In this document: positions 9,401 to 15,662 of the stretch, piece by piece
How positions within the stretch are numbered: the first letter of the stretch is position 1
How the letters are laid out: the number at the start of each line of letters is the position of its first letter
Source: Paramicrosporidium saccamoebae KSL3
Taxonomy: Eukaryota; Fungi; Cryptomycota
NCBI GenBank assembly: GCA_002794465.1
Contig: MTSL01000092.1
Location: forward strand, 1 to 18,634
Direction: 5' to 3'
DNA: 18,634 nucleotides
Translations under genes and position numbers: made by a program
Notes under the pieces: model-generated
The model's input: only the letters and a program-made list of their open reading frames with translations
Database searches by the model: none
What the model was told of the DNA's origin: nothing

Positions 9401-10515
9401 AGTCAACCAAACGCGTTTGCAGCAAGCCCAAGTGTAAGGTTGTCAAGGTCAAGTGCAAAAAGGACGACAAGAAATGTAAGCCAACCAAACGCGTCTGTAG
9501 CAAGCCAAAGTGTAAAATGGTCAATGCGGGCCAGTCATGTTCTACAAACACGGCGCCAGGATCGGCCGGAAGCCGGCTGTTTGGAGAAAAGCTGCTAGGT
9601 AATTGTGATGAAGGAGTGAAGCACGCTTACAAAGCCTTCCTGAAACGCACCGGAAGCTGCGATTGCAAGCCGTGCAACAGCAAAGCCTCGGAAAAGTTCC
9701 TTGTAGACAGCCATGCGTTAGAGGTTGCGGCCAAAATGTTTGCCTCTGGCCAATTGCAATGTCCATGTCTCAAGAAGAGTCTTCTTAAAAAGTATGGAAT
9801 CAACTTTGACAAACTCCAAACCGTGAACATTAGGAAAAGTGGCAACTGTACTTGTAAATGCACACGCAAAAACAAAATTGATCCCTTAAAGGAATGGCGT
9901 CTCCAGAAATTCTGCGAGCGAAAGGGCATCAGAAACGGCAGGAATTGTCAGCTATATAGCAAGAAGCTTATGGAAAAGCACATGAAAAAGCTCCGTTTGC
10001 GTCGTGCTAAACTCCGTGCTACATTAAGAGCAAGGATATTAAAGACGGAACGCTGTCGGGCTCATTACCAAAAGCTCGTCAAAGCGCATGTCCAAAAATG
10101 TCGTGCCCAGGAGAAAAAGAGGATGCAAGCAGTGCGTGCTGAGCAGCAGCGCACAATCCGTATGGCTAAAAAACACGAGGCGCTTGCCAGGAAACACATG
10201 ATAATCCAGAAAAAGTGTCTGGCGGGAATGAGGGCACGAATTGCCAAGATTCAGAAATGTGGCTGCCGCAGGAGGTACCAGAGGAGACAAGTAGTTCCGA
10301 GGAGAAGGATCTGCCGCAAAAAGCAATGTAGACGCCGGGCACTGCGAAGAAAGAAATGTGCCCGAGGACGCCAATGTCGTCGACGAATGTTACAACGCAA
10401 TGCTTTCAGACGATCCCTTTATCGCAACAATCCGGCGCTGTTGAGATATCGCAGACCCTTTAATATCTCGCACTACAAACCTATGTATGGACATCCGAAC
10501 AATGCGCATATATAA
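6457..10515 (+). CDS. Large predicted secreted protein, 1352 aa: signal peptide, helical-repeat-like N-terminal half, Q/N/S linker, Cys/Lys repeat array, Arg/Lys/Cys-rich tail
   Basis: 4-kb intact ORF starting MFRMLCQLLLIWLGMSLA|SPR. No family recognised. Confidence 0.9.
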   Translation: MFRMLCQLLLIWLGMSLASPRHPLPKSNLQSFSKLSIPSGRLADDDLALADTPFREYVDYATWTQYLAKQLVATGDVARLSSAINRLQALNSRLRGADAVSGTQAIKRLTQDLYELRIRSASHHMKFDPKAEEVYDLIEHGHYNIAKEMLRNILHQMDYIKLSASLKNVVILEGLIQYDGLNPKAVLSIWENMWNLSQDDKVSALIRAKQLCSATRSAVADPHHQKGYRCISRTNNIDARVLVNLGQDVTKQLGEPYIRDDPVEHRLLQMGMAYMNTDYCAAQTHIRTALHMATDQLRRKELERIEKRLGEQCVRKQLDSTYRMFCQVGHEAAFPIGEATVTNPVSSVVATAERTFWTRIAIGDCISARSDLEAVRRIVPTNIIHRRDYLISRMEFMESRLRKCQQAPGLYANGFGQRIMALLQNRNYQGAYWVWQQNRNHPTAVVWRTAILVARYPKVIYAPCTGNSLVTGVPNMDRQLFDRLEALMTGRKSSSCVHETDKELCNLIWMRAAYVTGRHRLVHHYARQISRSAKYCDEANQLMACQLLCFSGRGYSEACSSLSNYQSMSQQVRSAPHNAIGLDLATRLCRSSKQIVLDPFYIRNGPTPRPLTFLFRHYFKRFLYDGQRSLFSPKTKIHPSMLASQLNGKNTVPYSSPSINYATQNSQTPQNSQNRPPGFNTITHYDQNMQPITATTAIYGNSHQSSPISALGSNQKLVKGGWDHYMGHQRHLGSYQNINAPQITDQQRRALLQAQELLCPCLAKHKGLMFQCRPGRAGDRCRAAKRRFMQSYQRKNMKKVCSKPKCRIVKTKCKKGDKKCKSTRRVCSKPQCRLIPKHNNKRTSKVCEKPKCKMVKVKCKKGDKKCKSTKRVCSKPKCRSVNAAGNAKTRRVCEKPKCRTVKVKCKKGDKKCKPTKRVCGKPKCRLVPVTGNAGTRRVCEKPKCRTIKVKCKKGDKKCKPTKRVCSKPKCRMIKVKGKKQCKSTKRVCSKPKCKVVKVKCKKDDKKCKPTKRVCSKPKCKMVNAGQSCSTNTAPGSAGSRLFGEKLLGNCDEGVKHAYKAFLKRTGSCDCKPCNSKASEKFLVDSHALEVAAKMFASGQLQCPCLKKSLLKKYGINFDKLQTVNIRKSGNCTCKCTRKNKIDPLKEWRLQKFCERKGIRNGRNCQLYSKKLMEKHMKKLRLRRAKLRATLRARILKTERCRAHYQKLVKAHVQKCRAQEKKRMQAVRAEQQRTIRMAKKHEALARKHMIIQKKCLAGMRARIAKIQKCGCRRRYQRRQVVPRRRICRKKQCRRRALRRKKCARGRQCRRRMLQRNAFRRSLYRNNPALLRYRRPFNISHYKPMYGHPNNAHI
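8854..9540 (+). repeat. Coding tandem array of ten VCxKPxC units alternating 26 aa and 20 aa (46 aa / 138 bp higher-order period)
   Basis: The long unit is e.g. VCEKPKCRTVKVKCKKGDKKCKPTKR and the short unit e.g. VCSKPKCRSVNAAGNAKTRR. One unit is 23 aa and the last is partial. Confidence 0.95.
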
Positions 10516-10516
10516 A

Positions 10517-10586
10517 GACTAACACGTACTAACATGTAATAATACGTAATAACATTTGCCAATATTTACTAACATCTACTAACACT
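10517..10586 (+). repeat. Degenerate 10-bp tandem array with TACTAAC core, immediately after the stop codon
   Basis: In-phase units: gactaacacg, tactaacatg, taataatacg, taataacatt, (tgccaatatt), tactaacatc, tactaacact. Confidence 0.75.
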
Positions 10587-10719
10587 AAACACTGGATGCT
10601 AGACACTATTTATCAAACATAAAGCCTAGCCCTCGCATTAAAACTATGAATATGTATACGGGCTAGGGATTTCAATAGTCATAATTTTAACTTTAAGCTC
10701 GCATGAATTTTGTTGTATG

Positions 10720-10792
10720 ATTGGAGCAAAACTTGTCCAATGGAATTCCGGGTGCAGCATTGTCATTGGATGTTGACATTTGGGACGCCAAT
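10720..10792 (+). promoter_or_regulatory. CCAAT-box cluster upstream of the 225-aa gene
   Basis: ATTGG at 10720 and 10765; CCAAT at 10737 and 10788. Confidence 0.55.
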
Positions 10793-10823
10793 AAATCAGT
10801 CATTGCCATTGCAGCTGTCAGCC

Positions 10824-11501
10824 ATGAAAGTACTCGCCATACTTCCACTTTGCCTTTCCACAGTATACTGTTCCACTTCCGGCAGTAATCCACTCTCGGC
10901 GCAACCCAGCAATCTCCCGCCAAATCAAAATGCTTACGATTTAGACGCTCGTTTTGGTGCCCCCGACAGTGATTCTCTCGCCATCGATCGTCTTCGCCAG
11001 AAAGGAAAACAACTTCTCTCTTCATGTCGGACGCCCCGTCATCCCGAAGATACTCGCTTTGAGCGCGAAATAACCAAGATGCGTTCAATGATCCAAAAGA
11101 ATGCACATGAAGAGCGCAACTGCAGCCATAAATGGAGAGGCATGATGCCAGCAAGTCTGGTGAGAGCCTATTTGCATTACCTAGAATGGCAAGATAAATG
11201 GCTAGGAAAGCTGATGGGACGTCTCCAGGGCTCATCATGTAAAGGGAGCGCTGCCTTGGTTAGGGAACCGCCCAAGTATCAAGAAATTTTACGACGAGAT
11301 GGAATGCAGGTAAAGCGCAGGACAGTGCGTAGACGAGGTGCTGTCCGTGGGAAACTTGTCCGTCGTGTAGTACGCGTAAAAAGGACATCTGGAGGAAGCT
11401 ACTCATCTGGCGGATCCAGCTACAGTACATCCGGTGGTTCAGCTAGCGGCTCAGCTAGCATGTCTACTGGTGGTTCCGTAAGGGGAAACCCACGCATGTA
11501 G
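10824..11501 (+). CDS. Predicted secreted protein, 225 aa, with an Arg-rich tract and a G/S-rich tail
   Basis: The first in-frame ATG followed by a signal peptide is at 10824 (MKVLAILPLCLSTVYC|STS). The protein contains VKRRTVRRRGAVRGKLVRRVVRVKR followed by SGGSYSSGGSS. Confidence 0.8.
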   Translation: MKVLAILPLCLSTVYCSTSGSNPLSAQPSNLPPNQNAYDLDARFGAPDSDSLAIDRLRQKGKQLLSSCRTPRHPEDTRFEREITKMRSMIQKNAHEERNCSHKWRGMMPASLVRAYLHYLEWQDKWLGKLMGRLQGSSCKGSAALVREPPKYQEILRRDGMQVKRRTVRRRGAVRGKLVRRVVRVKRTSGGSYSSGGSSYSTSGGSASGSASMSTGGSVRGNPRM

Positions 11502-12066
11502 GCAGCCTTGTAAGATAAAGTATTTATTTTGATTTGATTCAGTCGCATAGTGAGGTAAGTACTATAGTCTCTGCCGAATGGGATGATTTTGCATTTCTAA
11601 AATTAAACTTTTAAAGAACAAGAACAATCACGGATACAGCCAAATGTAGACTTGTTCCTCCACGTAAGTGTTTAGCTAATCATTCTATTAGTCTGCAGTA
11701 TGGTACTTGTTTGTGTGATGCAAATCTACTCATAATGACTTTATTAGCAGCGCCCTTTAATAGAGCCATCCTTTGGAAGTCTCAAAGTTCCGTGTCGTGC
11801 ATGGTCGAGATCACAAGCAATGTATATCACACTGATAGTTTTGATCGGCTTTCGATTCTCCAAATCCTCACCTCACTTTACGGTTAGAGTCGCTCTTGGG
11901 TTTGCTATATACCACCCCACCGGCTGATATTCTACACTCAAATCAAATTCAAACCCCGCTTAAACACGATTATAAAGTTTTTTGTAAGACTTTAATTATT
12001 TGCACGATTGGGCTGATTTGAGGCAAAGGGTTTACTATGGCCTTTATGTTCTTGAGTACTAATCCT

Positions 12067-13316
12067 CTATATCTTTATGCCTGCTACTTTTATTACTAAC
12101 ACGTCTGGCATCTTTGCCGCCGGTCTCTGCGTCTGCATTAGCGTTAGTGACATCATTATTGCTAACACAAACACAGAGACCGACGGTAAAAGTGACAAAC
12201 GCAGTGATAATAAGCAATCCGAGTGCGTTAATCCGCGGCCCATCGTGCGATATCGGCAGGTCTCGCATTTCCTAGCCCGCGAGTTGATGTGCCACAATGC
12301 CTCCTCTGCCTTTTGAAGGGCCTTCCCTTTATTGGCAGGCCGGAATCCACACAACCGGCATTCTGCATGGTCCCCCTTCAGGTACCAGCGCTCCAGCCGG
12401 GGCCCGCTGGATTGCTCGGGTACTGGGCTGGGGGGACTACTCTCCAGAGACTCTGAGATTTTGTCTTCTAGATTTGAAGGAGAATCATCCTTCTTGGGGG
12501 GCTTTGGCAGATGGGCCTCCACCCAGGGATCTGCGGCATGTACAGCAATTATTGCTCTACACAGCTCCTGCCCCACTTCGCGGCCTACGCGCCCAAGAGC
12601 CAGTAATGTGAGGTCCCGTTTTAGTTCGGGACTAAGCACATCATGGGACCAGATGTACTCGACTGCAGCGAGTATCTCAGCCTCACTCGTCCCACTGCAC
12701 TGTTTGAGCACGATGGCACACTCGACAAACCACCGGCGATAATCGGCGGCTTGGGTTGGCTCAACAAAAAGCAACAGCGCGGCCTTCTTGCCAAAGCTTC
12801 CCACGTTGTTGAGCTTTAGCCCGTGGAGGCATTCACGTTTGAAGTCTTCTAGGCCGAGCTTGGAACACTTGTCCCATGAGCTCCAGGGGGAGCTCACGAA
12901 TCAGTGATTCGTCTATTCCTCGGTAATTCTTGATGGCAATCTACAAAAATAAGCAATCTTGAATTATGGCAAACTTTCAATGCTTGGTTAAAAGTTACCG
13001 CCGCATCCCATGACCCTTCGGGATGCATCTCTTTCAACATTCCATCGAGCTGGGTCTGCTGACGATGCTTGCACGTGAGACAGCCCCACAGCGCTCCAAG
13101 GGCGACCAGCACTAAAGCCGCTCCAATCCCGAAAGACCAAAGAGCCCCATCCGTTGCAGCAACCGGCCCACAGAACAGCACCACGAGACAGGACATGAAT
13201 CCCAGAATGCTCAGCCATCCGCCCCTCTCTTGTACACTTACCACACCAGCAATGAGGGCCCCCAGCCCAGTCGCACAAGCACAGATCAGAGCAAAGACAA
13301 TGGCAATGACATTCAT
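12067..13316 (-). CDS. Probable single spliced gene, complement(join(12067..12848,12898..12940,12999..13316)), 380 aa: 3-TM N-terminus, helical region, Cys/His putative Zn-binding motif
   Basis: ORF 12894-13316 gives three hydrophobic helices. ORF 12067-12897 has no ATG start and carries CRLC...H...CETC. Two GT-AG introns (58 nt and 49 nt) join the two in frame. The exon structure is inferred. Confidence 0.5.
12089..12214. repeat. 126-bp ungapped degenerate palindrome (fold-back)
   Basis: Position i pairs with 24303-i. Of 62 positions, 43 are Watson-Crick, 16 differ by transitions and 3 by transversions. Confidence 0.9.
12849..12897 (-). other. Candidate 49-nt intron, phase 1
   Basis: GTGAGC...CCTAG; the 3n+1 length restores the frame into ORF 12067-12897. 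The branch site is weak (GCTCAT) and two AAG would have to be skipped. Confidence 0.35.
12941..12998 (-). other. Candidate 58-nt intron, phase 0
   Basis: GTAACT...GCTTAT TTTTGTAG, AT-rich relative to the flanking coding sequence. Confidence 0.6.
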
Positions 13317-13349
13317 GCAGTATCTGCTGACCCGTGGTCGAGGCCGAGG

Positions 13350-13357
13350 TATTTATA
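13350..13357 (-). promoter_or_regulatory. TATA box
   Basis: TATAAATA on the minus strand, 33 nt before ATG 13316. Confidence 0.6.
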
Positions 13358-13430
13358 GAAAGAAATTCATGCAGTATCCATGCAATGCGGGCTAGAGTTG
13401 GAGTAGCTACAAATACAATTAAGCTCATAA

Positions 13431-13595
13431 CCAATAGCTTAATATTAAATGCCAATACCTATTATAGTTTGGTTTAGCTCTAGGGGCACTGATTGGTCGT
13501 GCTTGACTTTAATCGTCCAGCCAATCATCCCACTGCTTTACAATTCAAATATGCGCAACGTCCAATAACATTCACTGAATCACTAGTCCTATTGG
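13431..13595. promoter_or_regulatory. Six CCAAT boxes in the divergent promoter region
   Basis: CCAAT at 13431, 13452, 13521 and 13562; ATTGG at 13492 and 13591. Confidence 0.6.
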
Positions 13596-13676
13596 ACACG
13601 GCCAGGGCGATACCAGTGAAATCCGATATACAAGACCACTACCTCATCACTCACTAGAGCCAAACTGACAGGAGCA

Positions 13677-15509
13677 ATGAAGCTGCTAATATTGCCACTT
13701 CTTTCATTGTCATTTTGCTGGGCCTGTACCCAGGGTCAACGGAGGGCGCTCCGACCACCACCGCCATTTAATATCCGATCGGGTGTAATCCGCGAACTTA
13801 CCGATGACGGAAACTCGGACGATGAGCAGATGAACCAGCCGGCCAAAATGGCCCGTGATGCTACCAAAATTGTGGAACGCTTTGGCAGCTGTCATGACAA
13901 AAAGCGTCACAAGTGTCTATGGTACAAAATGCAAGTGCATACAAAACATTCAGGGGATCCACCAGCCCCACGGATGCCTTGTAAGGAGAGGATGCAGGCT
14001 ACAATGAGATCTATGGATTGGCGCAGATGGATAAATACGGCTGCGTCGCCTGAGGATCGGCGGACGTTCTGGCGGTATTCCGGCAGAGCCCGTGGGGTCC
14101 ATGGTCAAGAAAAGTGGGACAGAACTTCTCAATCAGGACAGGATAGCTCGTATGGTTGGAAAACAATGGCTGGGCAGAGCCGAGGCGGCCAAAGAAATGA
14201 GTGGCTCAGGCAGTCTCTCCCCGAGCAAAAGTTGAACCGAGCCTCTTCCAACTACCAGACTGCTGGTGGTCAAAAAGTGATTAAGCAAGCAATTGACAGC
14301 CAGAACTTTGAAAAGTTTATGCGGTATTTGAAACGGAAAATGGCTAGCCACACAACCACTACAGGCAGTCAAAAAAAAGAGGGAGGATCGTACCTGGACA
14401 GAAATCTCCAACAGGACGATCCACAATTTATAGAGTACATGAAAAAACGCTTTTACCTCTTGAAGAATGCGCAGAAATATATTCGCGGAATGAAAAAAAA
14501 GATGCATGGTATGCTTAAGCTTCACCAAGAGCACGACTGCAAGGAACAAACCAAGGCAATCTCTGGAGGCAGCAAGAAATTGATAGCACACATTGACAAG
14601 TTACTACGCACCCATCGATCCCAAACACGTCGTGTCCATCAGAAACATTGTCGTGGCGTCATTGTGCATTTCTTGCACGATGTGGATAGAGTTCTAAATC
14701 ATATGCAAAAGAAACAGTCGTCTTATGAGGACATGATGAAGACCTGGCTTCAGCTGAGCTATCAGCAAAAGCAGGAGCTATATCGGATACTGTTGGCAAA
14801 CCAAATGCGCGATATGCATCGTGTGCTCCGGTTACGCAATCTCGAGGTTTGGTATTCTAAAAAGGTGCATCTCCTCGACCTCCAAACTCGCCAAAGACTG
14901 CAACAGATTATCCGGGCCCTAAAATTGCAGGAGCAACAGTTTCAGGATGCTCTTTGGGAGCGTCTGAAGCACCTGCAGCAGAGTGCTGACGAGTGGACAA
15001 AACATGAGGCAACCTACAAAAGGGTTCTTTTAGAAATGAGTAGGCAGCAGAAATTGTTGATGGAAATGAATCTTAAACAGAGTCAACAGATCCAGCGTCT
15101 CTCTGAATTTACGCAAAACATTCCAACTCGGTGTGGAATGATGGGTGGATCCGTGGGAGAAGCATCAGTAGGTAGATCTATGGGAGCAATGTCAATGAAT
15201 GGGTCCATGGGATCGACATCAATGGGCAGATCCACGAGACTGGAGCCAGCAACATCAACGGGCGATCAAGATGAATGTAATGATTACATCTTGCCTCCAG
15301 CAGCGGAACGTCGCCAAAATGCAATTGTGAAACAGTTAAAGCAGCTAAAGATCCGTCGCCATGGTGCACTTCGCTCCAAAATGTGCGCAATTCGATCCAT
15401 TGGCAAAACCCTGGCAAAACCGCTAAATGACGACGACAAGAAAGTCTCTGCCAAACGTAGGACCAAGAAGACTAGAAAGACAAGGAAGAAGAAACATTCC
15501 CTCTTCTAG
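13677..15509 (+). CDS. Predicted secreted basic protein, 610 aa, coiled-coil-like, with an M/G/S-rich segment and a polybasic C-terminus
   Basis: Starts MKLLILPLLSLSFCWA|C. It has a Q/L/K/R-rich helical middle and ends KKVSAKRRTKKTRKTRKKKHSLF. Confidence 0.85.
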   Translation: MKLLILPLLSLSFCWACTQGQRRALRPPPPFNIRSGVIRELTDDGNSDDEQMNQPAKMARDATKIVERFGSCHDKKRHKCLWYKMQVHTKHSGDPPAPRMPCKERMQATMRSMDWRRWINTAASPEDRRTFWRYSGRARGVHGQEKWDRTSQSGQDSSYGWKTMAGQSRGGQRNEWLRQSLPEQKLNRASSNYQTAGGQKVIKQAIDSQNFEKFMRYLKRKMASHTTTTGSQKKEGGSYLDRNLQQDDPQFIEYMKKRFYLLKNAQKYIRGMKKKMHGMLKLHQEHDCKEQTKAISGGSKKLIAHIDKLLRTHRSQTRRVHQKHCRGVIVHFLHDVDRVLNHMQKKQSSYEDMMKTWLQLSYQQKQELYRILLANQMRDMHRVLRLRNLEVWYSKKVHLLDLQTRQRLQQIIRALKLQEQQFQDALWERLKHLQQSADEWTKHEATYKRVLLEMSRQQKLLMEMNLKQSQQIQRLSEFTQNIPTRCGMMGGSVGEASVGRSMGAMSMNGSMGSTSMGRSTRLEPATSTGDQDECNDYILPPAAERRQNAIVKQLKQLKIRRHGALRSKMCAIRSIGKTLAKPLNDDDKKVSAKRRTKKTRKTRKKKHSLF

Positions 15510-15662
15510 ATAATTGTGTATAAACTATCCAAACATTTTATATTGATCTGCGTTACCATTAACTTGATAGTCTTAGAGGCATAGGTTTGTACAATTGGGG
15601 AGTGATTGAGGCCAAAGGTGCTCCGGGACCAAGTCTACACCTGCCCCTACTCGTCTGCCGTA

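Noticed and set aside
8854-9540. CRISPR-like repeat/spacer interpretation of the periodic region
   Set aside because: The repeats are coding, diverge at synonymous sites and have no unique spacers. No cas genes are present.
8832-9551. 239-aa Leu/His-rich antisense ORF (and the 158-aa ORF at 8920-9396)
   Set aside because: These mirror the Lys/Cys repeat codons, which rarely produce antisense stops. There is no independent evidence.
10625-10667. 8-bp inverted repeat cctagccc/gggctagg with a 27-nt spacer (also the 6-bp GTGA-loop hairpin at 6075-6090)
   Set aside because: Stems of this size with free spacing are expected by chance in 18 kb.
10710-10823. 38-codon TTG-initiated extension of the 225-aa gene
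   Set aside because: It runs through the CCAAT cluster, and ATG 10824 directly precedes the signal peptide.
11553-11560. ACTTACCT on the minus strand as a U1 5' end
   Set aside because: It is simply the complement of a consensus donor site, and no U1 structure follows.
12999-13316. ZIP/ZupT zinc transporter call for the 3-TM N-terminus
   Set aside because: Only the first helix (ALICACATGLGALI) is suggestive. The metal-binding TM4/TM5 motifs and the remaining helices are absent.
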